Assembly (NCBI GenBank): GCA_965116475.1
Contig: OZ220691.1
Coordinates: 1,472,001 to 1,536,000, forward strand
From: Gemmatimonadota bacterium
GTDB lineage: Bacteria; Gemmatimonadota; Gemmatimonadetes; Palauibacterales; Palauibacteraceae
Reading direction: 5' to 3'
DNA: 64,000 nt
In this document: positions 30,460 to 40,826 of the stretch, in pieces
How positions within the stretch are numbered: the stretch's first letter is position 1
Layout: each line of letters starts with the position of its first letter
Notes under the pieces: model-generated
What the model was told of the DNA's origin: nothing
The model's input: the letters and a program-made list of their open reading frames with translations, nothing else
The model's database searches: none
Translations under genes and position numbers: made by a program

Positions 30460-33360
30460 CTAGGCGTCACGCCTACCGAATAGCTCTTCGAAAGTCGGCG
30501 GGCTGCCGGTGTGGGGGACCCTTGAAGACGTTGTTGGCTCCAACTGCGGTTCGCCGTCTAGGACCCCCAGGAACACCAGATCCCTCCCCACCCGCGTGAT
30601 CATGTGGTTCTCGGGCGTGACTACGAATTTCCCTCCGCGCTTGAGCTGGAAGACCAGGGCAGCCGCCGTCGCGACATCGACGTTGGTTATTCGCCGGCGC
30701 CCGTCCCGAGTGTTCTTGAAAGGTCTGGCCGATGCGTCCACATGGTATTCCCTGCCCGCATAGGCGCCCGGATACGGATCACCGGGCGTGAGGTCGTCGA
30801 CCTCGAATTCGGGGAGAGTCTCCTCTTCCCACCCTGATTCAAGGTCCGGAGGTTGCCCCTCGCGCCAATCGCCTCCGGGCGACCCTGGCTCTGTCGGTGG
30901 GAACCAGTGAATCCAGCGAATCTGGCTGGATCCCAATTGCTCCGCCCAATCGGTACCGTGGAAGATTCGCTCGTCCGTCGTGTCCCTTACGAAAATGACG
31001 TAGAGCTTGGCTGCGCTATTCTTGCCAGCCGCCCGTCGGAGGATCCGGCCGGTCGTCTGGATGCGTTGGCGAACGGAACTGGAAGAGGCCCGAATGATCC
31101 CCACATTGGCGGCCGGAACATCGACACCTTCCACCAGGGCCTTCACGGAGAGCATCACGTTTGCCCAGCCCTCCCGAAAGAACTCCATCGAGATCTCGTT
31201 CCACAGGGGCTTCGATCGCCCCGAGTGATACATGACCGCGCGAAATGCCCGATTCCACAGCAGCTCTGCAAGTTGATTGTTGATGGCTCGTTCCACCGGG
31301 CCGAGCTGACGGGCCTTCCGCCGATCCATCGGCGCAACGACCTCTTGAACGTTCTCGATGCGTTCGTCGAAAACGATGATGCGGTCTTCCTGGCCGTCAC
31401 TGCGGACCGCGTGTTTCGCGACGATATCCAGATAGGCCCACTTCCTGTTCCGCGCCCGATAGACGAGCTCCTTCCTCTCCCGGACGGCCTCGAAGTACTT
31501 GGGGATGGCGGGATCCGGTTTCTCGTCGCCATGCAGGATCGTGTGGAGACGTGCGTAAAACGGTCCTGGCATCGCGTCGATTCGCGGCCCGTACCGTTGG
31601 CGAATCTTCTGCAAGGCGGTCCGAATACGCTTGCTGTACGCCTCGTATTGAGTACGCTCTGAAGTGCTGAGTTCGACGCCCACGTAGTAGACTTCGAAGG
31701 GTTGGACGACACCGTCGGATCTTGCCTGCTGGTACGTGTATTCGTAGACCAGGGACCCTAGCTCCGACAACAGCGGGTCATCGGACTCCTCAGAGCCCTC
31801 CCCGCTGTTCGCCCGGGAGGAGTCCCCCAGCGTGGCAGAGAGTCCCATGCTGAAATCGTAGCGTGCGCCGAAGGCCCGACGGAATGCTCGGCCACGGTAT
31901 CGATGGCATTCATCCGCAATCAGGAGATGAGGCGTGTTCGGCGGCAGGCTCGCTGCGTCTTTCTTGAGCTGGTCATCAAGGATCGCCGAGTTGATGATGT
32001 TTACGACGATTCTCCGGCCTTCAACAAACCCGTCTTTGTGCCCATCTCCACGGAGCCCGACGTCATCCGGCGGGACACCCAGTAAGCGGACAAGCTCCAT
32101 GACCCACTGGTACATGAGTACCTTGGTGGGCACGAGGACGCTCACGCGGAGTTCGGGGTGCGACTCGAGCAGCCGCTCGATGGCCAGAAGCGCCAGAAAG
32201 GTCTTCCCCGCTCCCGTAACGACTTGGAGAACGCCTCGACCTCCAGCGTCGCTCCAGCAGCGGAGCGCTTCCGACTGCCAACGGTAGGGCGCCAGAGACG
32301 GAGCGAGCGAGTAGTCGGATCCGGGGTGCTTCAGTTCGCGAAGGGCCCGACCTGACAGGCCTGCCCCCGAGGAGCCCAGACTCAATTCCGCCTGTTCCAC
32401 CTTCCCTTCGGCGAGGTGGTCTCGTATTCGGACGAGCTTGGCCGCGTTACGGACGTTCTCGACCCGGTGTCCGAGCGAAGCGTCGTAGTCGGCGATCTCG
32501 GACCTCAGGTCGGACAAGGTGCGCTGGCTGCGGTCAATTTCACTGCGGATCTCAGACTTCAGGGTCCTCGAGTAGCGGTTCGTGAAGAGCTGGTCGCGAG
32601 TCTCTCGGATCGGGGTCCGTCTTCCCTTGCCACCACTCTCCCGCCACATGAAGAGTTTCGTCAGATCGATCCACTGCGATTGGTCGAGTATGTCGGTGGA
32701 AAAGGGATCGATCGTGGCGAGGATGCGCTCGATCCGGTGATAAGTATCGCGTTTCCTCAGACTGGGCCGACGACGCCGTCCACGCGCTGTGACGACTCGT
32801 TTTCTGCCTTGGAGTTCGACCCAACCTGCAAACTCCATGACCCGAAGCGTCTCTGAGACGGTCCGCGCTCCATGTCGATCGCCACCGTCGTACCGACCGG
32901 TTCCGCCGGCCGGATCGATCTTCAAACGGTCCCAGAGTTGCGTTACGCCCAGGCCAGTTTCGGAGTTATCGAGGGCAGACAGCAGGTCGTAGGCAAGCTG
33001 AAGGCCATCTGGCCACCACCAGCACCACTTGAGGATCGTCTTGTCAACGTACTCTTCGAAACCGTCGGGCGAGCCGTCCCACTTTCCATCCCACGAAAAC
33101 CGTCCGAAGGGGAAGCGGTCGGGCGGCAGAATCCGGCGCCCGGAACGCCCCAGGAATCCGATCCCTGCAAGGTTGGAAACGAGTCCGGCGACCATCCCCT
33201 CACCGTAGGGCCGGCCGTCCTCACGGATCAGTTCTTCGCGGACCAACTTCCTGCATTCCTCCACCGTGGGCTCAGCCAGAGAGGCCTGATAACACACCCA
33301 GTACTGTGCCCTGTTGCGCGGCATGGGGTAGAGCGTCGGAAGTCTGACTCCGCGGGACAC
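30460..33360 (-). CDS. SF2 helicase (XPB/Rad25-like) with N-terminal wHTH-like region and uncharacterised C-terminal domain
   Basis: PYRWQ, VTGAGKT, IADECH, GLSAT, LVEGVDVP, RIQTTGRILR. Confidence 0.9.
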   Translation of the reverse strand: MSRGVRLPTLYPMPRNRAQYWVCYQASLAEPTVEECRKLVREELIREDGRPYGEGMVAGLVSNLAGIGFLGRSGRRILPPDRFPFGRFSWDGKWDGSPDGFEEYVDKTILKWCWWWPDGLQLAYDLLSALDNSETGLGVTQLWDRLKIDPAGGTGRYDGGDRHGARTVSETLRVMEFAGWVELQGRKRVVTARGRRRRPSLRKRDTYHRIERILATIDPFSTDILDQSQWIDLTKLFMWRESGGKGRRTPIRETRDQLFTNRYSRTLKSEIRSEIDRSQRTLSDLRSEIADYDASLGHRVENVRNAAKLVRIRDHLAEGKVEQAELSLGSSGAGLSGRALRELKHPGSDYSLAPSLAPYRWQSEALRCWSDAGGRGVLQVVTGAGKTFLALLAIERLLESHPELRVSVLVPTKVLMYQWVMELVRLLGVPPDDVGLRGDGHKDGFVEGRRIVVNIINSAILDDQLKKDAASLPPNTPHLLIADECHRYRGRAFRRAFGARYDFSMGLSATLGDSSRANSGEGSEESDDPLLSELGSLVYEYTYQQARSDGVVQPFEVYYVGVELSTSERTQYEAYSKRIRTALQKIRQRYGPRIDAMPGPFYARLHTILHGDEKPDPAIPKYFEAVRERKELVYRARNRKWAYLDIVAKHAVRSDGQEDRIIVFDERIENVQEVVAPMDRRKARQLGPVERAINNQLAELLWNRAFRAVMYHSGRSKPLWNEISMEFFREGWANVMLSVKALVEGVDVPAANVGIIRASSSSVRQRIQTTGRILRRAAGKNSAAKLYVIFVRDTTDERIFHGTDWAEQLGSSQIRWIHWFPPTEPGSPGGDWREGQPPDLESGWEEETLPEFEVDDLTPGDPYPGAYAGREYHVDASARPFKNTRDGRRRITNVDVATAAALVFQLKRGGKFVVTPENHMITRVGRDLVFLGVLDGEPQLEPTTSSRVPHTGSPPTFEELFGRRDA

Positions 33361-33363
33361 CCT

Positions 33364-34182
33364 CTACGCCTCTTTTCCATCGTCTTCTGGTGGAGACGAC
33401 TCGAATGCCGTCCAGGGAGGTTCGCCGTGGTCGAACTCGGAGAGCCGCCCTACGTACAGGGGACGACAACCCTTGGTTGCTTCAATGCGCTCCCGGAGCA
33501 GTCGCAGCGTGGCGGACGCCCGGGCTTCCTTAAGGTCCTCGAGTTGCGATCGCTGAAGACGTCGAAACTGGGTCCGATGGTCCGGGTTGAGGTCACCGTC
33601 AGGCACGTTCATCCACACGCAGCCGGATTCAGTGATGTAGATCCGGCCTCCCCCCGGCCGCAGGTCCAGACAGGCTGAGACCAGGTCTGGATATCCGCGC
33701 GTTGAGGAGAAGACGTGACCACGCGACTTCCATTCGAGGCGGTTCCGCAACTGGGTGTTGGGGGAGACACGCCAATACTCACCGTGCATGAAGGGGAGGC
33801 CGGGCCAGTACATGCCCCGAGTCAGCGTTGCCGGTGCGTTGTCGATGCCGGGGAACACAAGGTCGTCTTCGTAGATTCCCACGTACCGGGGCTCCCACCA
33901 GGTGCCACCGCCCCTCAGCACCTTGGTAATCACTGCCCCGTGTGGGGTAACCCGGAACGAACCGTTGCCTCCCTTGACCGCGCGAACAGTATCGGCCAGC
34001 TGCCGTGGATATGGTTCGGCCCGGACGCTCAGAGGATCACGGTACCAGCCCACGTACGTTAGTCCCCCGCCGCGGCGTACTTTGTACCGACTGCCGCGGT
34101 ACGGGGCCGGCCACGGTTCACCTGGACGAACGGATCGGGTCTCGCCGTTGGCGCCCTGCACGTTGATCGAACGGAGTCTCAT
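33364..34182 (-). CDS. Hypothetical protein with two copies of an unrecognised domain
   Basis: WPAPYRGSRY...GSFRVTPHGAV...PRYVG and WPGLPFMHGEYW...RPGGGRIYITESGCV...PLYVG; TGATG-coupled to the upstream gene. Confidence 0.8.
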   Translation of the reverse strand: MRLRSINVQGANGETRSVRPGEPWPAPYRGSRYKVRRGGGLTYVGWYRDPLSVRAEPYPRQLADTVRAVKGGNGSFRVTPHGAVITKVLRGGGTWWEPRYVGIYEDDLVFPGIDNAPATLTRGMYWPGLPFMHGEYWRVSPNTQLRNRLEWKSRGHVFSSTRGYPDLVSACLDLRPGGGRIYITESGCVWMNVPDGDLNPDHRTQFRRLQRSQLEDLKEARASATLRLLRERIEATKGCRPLYVGRLSEFDHGEPPWTAFESSPPEDDGKEA

Positions 34183-35015
34183 CAGTTGTCCTCCCGATCC
34201 AGGGCGTCTTCGTGCTCCGCGAGCGGATCGAACGGTGCCGGCGCATTGTCCTCAATCGCCTCTCCGTACTGCGACAGGAAGGCCATGAGGTCGGCTTCCT
34301 CGCCTGGAGTGAGCGGGGCGGAGAGATCGATTGCTTCATGTAGCGTGAATCCGCCCGAGTACTCACCGAGGAACACGGGCAGCAGTGCGACGTTGCGCAT
34401 CTTCACTTCGATGAGGCGCTTCTGGAGGTCCGTGAGCGCCTCGTACTGGTCCTTCATCCGCGCCGGCAACGGTTGTGGCTCAATGAGAGCGAGCACCTTG
34501 CCGTTCTCTGTGACTCGTATGGAGCCCCCGTCGGGCTTCACTTTTCGGAAGCGAGCTTCGATCTCAGCCGGCAACGTCTCCCGGGTCTTCTGCCACACGC
34601 CATCGGCGGAGTTCTTCCACCAAAGGCGACCCCCCTTGTAGGAATACCGGGCACCGTCGTAGAAGGACGGCCACAGCCCGAGGGGCGGGACGCCGCTGCC
34701 CAGGACGTCCACGGAGGCGAACTCCAAGGGGACATCGTAGTCGGCGACATACACGGCCTCCCAGGTGTCGGTCGGCATTCTGGTAAGGACGACGCCGGTC
34801 TCGGTAATGCGGAGACTCCCGCCCTCGGGCCTGAGCGAGAGGTAGGCGTCGGCGACCTCTTGGAATCCACCGGTGGCCGCGACCCTCACGGTCGCCATGT
34901 TTTGGCGGTCAGGAAGCCCCCACCAGAACTCGCCATCAGGCTTGCAGTGGTACTTGGTACCCCGGTAGTGCTCATCCCACCTGTCTCCGCAGCTCCGTGT
35001 TCTCCCTTGCGTCAC
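34182..35015 (-). CDS. Hypothetical protein with two copies of the same domain (paralog of the neighbour)
   Basis: WDEHYRGTKY...RPEGGSLRITETGVV...AVYVA and WPSFYDGARY...KPDGGSIRVTENGKV...PVFLG; AGGAG upstream. Confidence 0.8.
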   Translation of the reverse strand: MTQGRTRSCGDRWDEHYRGTKYHCKPDGEFWWGLPDRQNMATVRVAATGGFQEVADAYLSLRPEGGSLRITETGVVLTRMPTDTWEAVYVADYDVPLEFASVDVLGSGVPPLGLWPSFYDGARYSYKGGRLWWKNSADGVWQKTRETLPAEIEARFRKVKPDGGSIRVTENGKVLALIEPQPLPARMKDQYEALTDLQKRLIEVKMRNVALLPVFLGEYSGGFTLHEAIDLSAPLTPGEEADLMAFLSQYGEAIEDNAPAPFDPLAEHEDALDREDN

Positions 35016-35091
35016 TTACTTGGTCTCCTGGTCAATGTGGAGAGCGCTGCCATTCCGCTCGTGCGCTCGTCCTGCCTCGTCGCGATTCACG

Positions 35092-35679
35092 CTAGCCTGT
35101 GGGCTGGTCGCTGCCATCAGGCCGCGCGGTAGTGCTCCTCAGCCGAGGGGGCAGCAGCTTGTCGATCTCGTCGTCGGAGAAGGTCAACTCCTCCAACTGT
35201 TGCAGCGCCTTTTGAGCCTCCGTATACGCTCGAACCGTCGTACTGGGTGCTCCTGCGTAGACGGCGTGCAATTGCTCGAGAAGCGCGTCGCGCCGCAATC
35301 GAATGTTCTCGACGGACTCATCCCCAACTCGCAGATCTGTGATGAGCGATAGGTATTCCTCGCGGATGAGCCATAGCTCCGCTCCGGACTGGCGGTGCTT
35401 CTGCGCGAGCTTACCGAGGTCGTAGTCCTTGGTGTATGTATTCAACGCGACGAGCGTCGCAGAAACGACGAGACCGATGGCCGTGCCGACATCCCCGGTT
35501 CCGAAGAACGCGGAAATGAAGCTCCCCGTCGTCACGGACGCGAGAATGATCTGCGCGAGCTTGATCCTGGACAGCCTCGTCAGAAGGAGGTCCGCGCACT
35601 TCTCATGTGCCTTGTGGGAATAGACGACGCGCCCATAGCAGTCGCGCAGTTGAGCTTCGATGTAGTCTCTGGAATCCAT
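35092..35679 (-). CDS. SLATT-domain 2TM effector
   Basis: YGRVVYSHKAHEKCAD, two TM helices, LWLIREEYLSLITD, FSDDEIDKLLP; directly downstream of the SMODS gene. Confidence 0.85.
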   Translation of the reverse strand: MDSRDYIEAQLRDCYGRVVYSHKAHEKCADLLLTRLSRIKLAQIILASVTTGSFISAFFGTGDVGTAIGLVVSATLVALNTYTKDYDLGKLAQKHRQSGAELWLIREEYLSLITDLRVGDESVENIRLRRDALLEQLHAVYAGAPSTTVRAYTEAQKALQQLEELTFSDDEIDKLLPPRLRSTTARPDGSDQPTG

Positions 35680-35686
35680 GGGCGTC

Positions 35687-36571
35687 TCAGCTCGGGAATG
35701 AGGTGCCAAAGATCTCCCTCCACTTCTGTTTCGCCGACCACTCCCGCTTCGGATCGGCCGTCTCGTGCCCGATGGCCTCGCATGCCAGGTTGTAGCCGCG
35801 TCTCGCCTTGTACTGGAACTGACCTTTGGGGCCGTACACCCGTTGGCCGCTCCCGGGGGCCTTCCAATACTGCTGTTCTTTGTCCTGGCGGGCCATGAAA
35901 TCGAAGAAGTCGCGGCACATCCAGTCGTAGTAGAGGTAGGATTCGTCGCGGTGCTTCCACGAGTCGATGAACTGATACGCCAGCGTGTCAATGAGAAGGC
36001 CACCGATGGGCACGGCCATCTTGGTCTTCCAAGCCCGCATCATTCGGCACAGCGGGATCAGGTTGCCATTGCAGGCATCGTTGCGGGTGCGAATAGCCTC
36101 GATCTCCGGTCTCGGGTTCGTCTTCTTCCAGCTCCCGCCGCCGTTCGAGTCGGGGTAGGTGTAGCTGCCGTCCTTGTTGGTGAAGGCGGGAACGAGATCG
36201 AACCTGATGGAATCCCCGAAGGAAACCACGATCACCTGGCCGTCCGCCCCGATGTCCGTAGCGGGGTAGGTCTTCCTGACCGACGCGCGGACGGCTTGCA
36301 GCAGCGCGGATTGGCCATTGCCGACGTGGCTGTCGTACTGCTGGTAGACCGAGTAGGGCAACTGGAAGATCATGTCCACGTCGCTCGTGCCATGAATGGC
36401 TGTATTGCGACCGTACGAGCCGACCTGGAGGCTATGCGCGGTGTCCGATGTCGTTGTCCAGAAGTCGGTATTCAGCCGTCGGGTGATGCTCTTGTATCGG
36501 CTGGAGATCGTCGCTCCGTTCTTGACCTGTATGTTGCCGCAGAACGTGCTGAACCAGGAGGCGAGCCCCAT
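35687..36571 (-). CDS. SMODS/CD-NTase nucleotidyltransferase (CBASS-type cyclase)
   Basis: VGSYGRNTAIHGTSDVDM, FDLVPAF, WKKTNP, LCRMMRAWK, C-terminal KWREIFG. Confidence 0.88.
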   Translation of the reverse strand: MGLASWFSTFCGNIQVKNGATISSRYKSITRRLNTDFWTTTSDTAHSLQVGSYGRNTAIHGTSDVDMIFQLPYSVYQQYDSHVGNGQSALLQAVRASVRKTYPATDIGADGQVIVVSFGDSIRFDLVPAFTNKDGSYTYPDSNGGGSWKKTNPRPEIEAIRTRNDACNGNLIPLCRMMRAWKTKMAVPIGGLLIDTLAYQFIDSWKHRDESYLYYDWMCRDFFDFMARQDKEQQYWKAPGSGQRVYGPKGQFQYKARRGYNLACEAIGHETADPKREWSAKQKWREIFGTSFPS

Positions 36572-37114
36572 CAGAGAGCCTCCAGTTTCTTCTCAGGGTC
36601 GAGCTGGATGTCAGCGTCGTCGGCGGTCGTGAAGTCCTCTTGGAACAGTTGCCCGACGATCTCGCTCTCAACGGCCATGTCCTCGTGGAGCTTCATTCGA
36701 GCGGCCGCCTTCGAGGACCTCCGCGGGCGGGTCGGAATCCTTCCCGGCCGCGACCTCCTCCCAGAACTTCTAATCGTCGCTCTACTTGGCTTCATTCCTT
36801 GCCTGCCTTATCAAATGTTCCCGAGTCTCTTGGTGGAGGGGGAGGAGTTGATGGAACATCATCGGCATCTGCCGTCGGACCAACAGAGCCGCCACCCTCG
36901 AAGCGTCTGCGACGTCCGCCCGACTGCTCCTCCCGTTGGGACGCAAGCACGGTAGGAGGGGTGTCGGGTTGGGGTCAAACTTCCTGCGATTCCTAATGCT
37001 CGATCTTTGGAGTCCGTTACTCCTCCTAGGACAAGAGCGCAAGCGCCACGTCGTGGGTGCCGTCGGGCCAGTGGAGGGGGGGGCACTCGGCCCGGTTCCA
37101 CAGCTCGGGCTAGG

Positions 37115-38154
37115 TGTCGTTGCTAAGGACGTTGTTCACAGGAGCTCCTGGAGCCGGCTGAGCGGCGGCTGGTCTCCGATTGCGGTGTGACCGCGTCGTT
37201 CATTGTATCGTCGCTGGAAGTGAGCCAGGGCGGCCGTCCGGTGCGCCGAGGTCCGGTAGGGCCTCTGGTAAGCCCACTCTCTGAGCGCGGTCTGGATGAA
37301 GCGCTCCGCCTTCCCGTTCGTCTGAGGCCGGTACGGCCGGGTCCGGATGTGCCGGATCCCGAGGCGTCCCAGGCTGTCGGCGAACCGGTGTGAGACATAG
37401 CCGCTCCCGTTGTCGGTCATCACGCGCTCCACGCTGACGCCCAGCGCCGCGAAGAAGGCTACGGCGCGCTCGGCGAAGGCCGTCACCGTCACCGCCCGCT
37501 CGTTGGCGAGGACTTCGCTGTAGGAGAGGCGCGTCGCGTCGTCCACGCACACATGCAGGTACTCCCAGCCCACACACGGCGAGGACCGCCGTCGGTCTCC
37601 GTGGATCCGGTGCCCCACGCACCCGATCCGCCCCAGCTTCTTCGTGTCCAGGTGCAGCAGTTCGCCGGGACGGTCCCGCTCGTAGCGCACCGGCGTCTCC
37701 TTCACCTCCAGATCCCGCAGCCGGCCCATGCCCAGACGCCGCAGCCACAGGCTCACCGTCGAGCGGGGGATGGAAAGAAAGCGGGCGATCTTCGCCCCCG
37801 TCCAGCGCCGCTTCCTGAGCCGCCGGATCCTCTTCACGTGCCACCGCGGAAGCCGCGTCGGGCTCGCGTGCGGACGAGAGGACCGGTCCAGCAGACCCGC
37901 CTTCCCCTTGGCCTCGTATCGACCCACCCACTTGTACGCCGTCCGGCAGCTCACGCCCTGCGCTCGGGCCGCCTCCGCCGGCGTCCAGCCTTCCTCGAGT
38001 ACGCGGCGAACGAGCAGGGCTCGCCCCGCGGGCGTCAGCCTCGCATTCTGGTGCATGTTCACTGGAGCCTCCGGTGACTGGTTGGTGAGAACCTCTCATT
38101 CACCTCCCAGCCTGCTCGCCGGAGCTTCAGTGAACAACCTCCTTAGCCTTCACA
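37115..38154 (-). mobile_element. IS481-family insertion sequence (1040 bp)
   Basis: Imperfect 25-bp terminal IRs TGTCGTTGCTAAGGACGTTGTTCAC / TGTGAAGGCTAAGGAGGTTGTTCAC, each flanked by CTAG. Confidence 0.92.
37136..38062 (-). CDS. IS481 transposase
   Basis: HQNARLTPAGR, LHLDTKKLG, VMTDNG, PQTNGKAERF (DDE). Confidence 0.95.
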   Translation of the reverse strand: MNMHQNARLTPAGRALLVRRVLEEGWTPAEAARAQGVSCRTAYKWVGRYEAKGKAGLLDRSSRPHASPTRLPRWHVKRIRRLRKRRWTGAKIARFLSIPRSTVSLWLRRLGMGRLRDLEVKETPVRYERDRPGELLHLDTKKLGRIGCVGHRIHGDRRRSSPCVGWEYLHVCVDDATRLSYSEVLANERAVTVTAFAERAVAFFAALGVSVERVMTDNGSGYVSHRFADSLGRLGIRHIRTRPYRPQTNGKAERFIQTALREWAYQRPYRTSAHRTAALAHFQRRYNERRGHTAIGDQPPLSRLQELL

Positions 38155-38193
38155 CCTAGAGGGCGCCTCCCCGACCACTCAAATGGGGGGACG

Positions 38194-39512
38194 TGAAGTG
38201 AGCCCCAAAAGGTTGGACGCCGGACCTCCGGGTTTATTGTGCGGCTCAGCCCTCTCGGTAGAAGTCCTCGAGGATCTCCAGGGGTGGCCGGTCTCCGAGG
38301 GAGGAGTGACGGCGCACCCGATTGTAGTAGTTGATCCGGTCCCGGACGACGGCCGCGAGCTCTTCCAGCGAGCTGGCGTCCAGGATGAGCGACCAGTTCT
38401 CCACCTTGAACCGGCCGAAGAAGCTCTCCATCTCCGGGTTGTCCCGGGGTCCGTGGAGCGCGTAGGAGAGCCGCGCGCCCGCCGATGGCAACCGTCCGGT
38501 CCACGCGTAGCCGGTGAACACCGGGTCTTGGTCCTGGTGGACGATGACGCCCTCGAGCGAGGCCCGGGAAGCGGACGACGGCCTCCAAGCCGAGAGGGCG
38601 AGCTCGGAGTTGGCCCGCTCGCCGAGGCCGAAGCCCGCAACGTACTTCGTGGCGTGGTCAAGGAGCAGGATCAGCCACGCCTTTCTCGTCCCGGCGGCGT
38701 GGTGGAGTTCGGTGAAGTCCGTGTACAGGACGTCCAGCGGTCCGATCTCCGACTTCGACCGCCCCGACAGCAGGTTCGCGCATGGACCCGCCGGATCGAT
38801 GGCCCGCCGGATCGGGCTCGGCTTCAACCGGGTCACCGTGCGCCTCAAGGGCAGATCCCACAGCCGGTTCAGCCGCTCCACGACCTTCCGGTTCACCCGG
38901 TGACCGTACGTCTCTCGCAGCTCCGCCGCCGCCCGCCGGTACCCGTACTCCGGGTGCGCCTCGGCGATCGCCGTCAGCGGCGCCTCCAAGTGCGCGTACT
39001 TCTCCGCGCACGGGACCTTCGTCCGCGTGTGGTAGTAGCACGTCGAGCGCGAGAGCCCGACAGCCCTGAGCGAGGGCCCCAGACCGTACGCCTCTCACGC
39101 GCCGGAGACGAGCCCCACCTTCTCGGCCGCGTTCAGCCGCTCCGGCCCAAGAAATTTTTTAGAAGCGCGATCTCCACCTCCTTCCTGCCCAGGAGCTGCT
39201 CCAGGTCGCGGATCCGCCGCTCGTACTCCTTCACCGCCGTGTCCTCGGCGAAGATCTCCGGCGCCCGCTCCACGAAGTGCCGCCTCCAGAGCCCCACCGA
39301 GTTCGGATGTACCCCGTACGCCTTGGCCACCTGCCCGGGCGTCTTCTCGCCCGAGAGCACCTCGAGCACCACCTGCGCCTTCAGCTTGGGCGTGTACCGC
39401 CGCCGTGCCATGCCGACCTCCTCCCGGTCTGCCACGTTCTACCCTGAGCAGCACCGCGCCCGGAGGTCAAACGTCACAAATGGCCGGTGCCCAGGATCTG
39501 CGGGTCATATCC
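38194..39512 (-). mobile_element. IS3-family element, probably inactive
   Basis: orfA 39133-39411 (RYTPKLKAQVVLEVL) ending at an A6 slippery run; orfB YGYRR, TDFTE, HQDQD, EMESFFG, YYNRVRRHSSL; in-frame TGA near 39095; degenerate IRs, ends approximate. Confidence 0.85.
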
Positions 39513-39718
39513 TGGCGCTTCAGGGTTCCCAAACGTCGGAAATCCGCCTTTAGCGCTTCTCGGAAGAATCGAAAGCTGCCGCCTCCAGCCCGGTAGGCCG
39601 ACGGGTGACCCCCGTCACCCCGATCCTGCGTCCGGCGAACCTTGGCCCCCCCGCGACGCCTTGACACATGTATCCCATCGGCCCGATCGTGACAGTTCAA
39701 GAAGAGAGGAGCTTTGCC

Positions 39719-40573
39719 ATGTCAGAAGCGGGTCGACCTGTTACCGTCATGGGTGCTTTTAAGTCAACCTTGGATGCTTTGTTGACTGCGAAGGGTATTG
39801 TAACGATTCCTCTAGGACTCCCGACGATAGGTATGATATTCAGCGGAGTAAGGGAATGGCTGTTCAACGATGCTGTCTGGGTTATTCCATTTTGTCTGTG
39901 GATAGCAGGTGTGTTGTGGTCCATTCGAAGGGACAGGGAAAGCAAGGAGCAAGAGAGGAGCAGGAATGAGACACTACGAAGAGAAGAACGTCGCCTGGAG
40001 GAGAGAGAGGAACTAAAGGAGATTGTATCTTTTGTCGAACGATTGCAGGCACAAGAGGTTCTCAGTAACAGAAACCGTTGGTTGGAATTGGAGAGTCGTC
40101 GCGATGCTTACGCTCGTATTTGTCGAAGGCGTACGCGGCGCACGCAACAATCGATTGCAGTGGTTAGCCGCCATGAACCAAAAATCCTCGTGACGTTGAG
40201 AGATTCGTCAGATTCGACAGACACAGAGATCGAATATTTCACTCTCACTCCAAGCAAGGGCATTGAAAGCAACAGATGGGTTGCGAACAAGGAATTGGGC
40301 GCGCGTATTCGTAGTCTGCAGGACAAGGCGAAGGCACGACCGCACCTGGGAATAGTGTGGGAACATGGATCCAGAGTAGAATATAGATTATACGAATCTT
40401 TCACCATACAGATCGTTGGAGACACGAACTACTGGGTCATCTTGGAGCCGAAGGATGATCTTCTTGGGAAGCGCATGAAGGCACTTATCTCTGTTTTGAT
40501 GATAGATGGGTTTGCGGCAGCAGAGCTGGCGGGGAAGGATGACCTATTCCCTGAAGAACGATCCATGAAATGA
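39719..40573 (+). CDS. Hypothetical membrane-anchored coiled-coil protein (AT-richer)
   Basis: GAGGAG RBS, two N-terminal hydrophobic segments, charged helical stretch. Confidence 0.7.
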   Translation: MSEAGRPVTVMGAFKSTLDALLTAKGIVTIPLGLPTIGMIFSGVREWLFNDAVWVIPFCLWIAGVLWSIRRDRESKEQERSRNETLRREERRLEEREELKEIVSFVERLQAQEVLSNRNRWLELESRRDAYARICRRRTRRTQQSIAVVSRHEPKILVTLRDSSDSTDTEIEYFTLTPSKGIESNRWVANKELGARIRSLQDKAKARPHLGIVWEHGSRVEYRLYESFTIQIVGDTNYWVILEPKDDLLGKRMKALISVLMIDGFAAAELAGKDDLFPEERSMK

Positions 40574-40826
40574 GCAACTGAAGTGGATAAATATGATAAT
40601 CATTGACACCTGAACTCGCCGACGTCACCGCTGTCGCTTCCGATACACGCCCTACAACCGATTCGAGTTGGTGTCGACGACTCGGGAGTGAGCGAGCAGC
40701 GACGCTGGCGAACCTACTTTAGCACACTTTTCTCTTTTCGGGAGTCGCCGCGACGAGGGAGGAGAAGGTGACTCAGAAGAGGGGTGTCCAGGGACGAGAT
40801 CGATCGTGATCTCCACGAAAGGGTGA

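Noticed and set aside
39604..39621. Hairpin GGGTGAC-CCCC-GTCACCC
   Set aside because: No U-tract and no second copy, so no role can be assigned.
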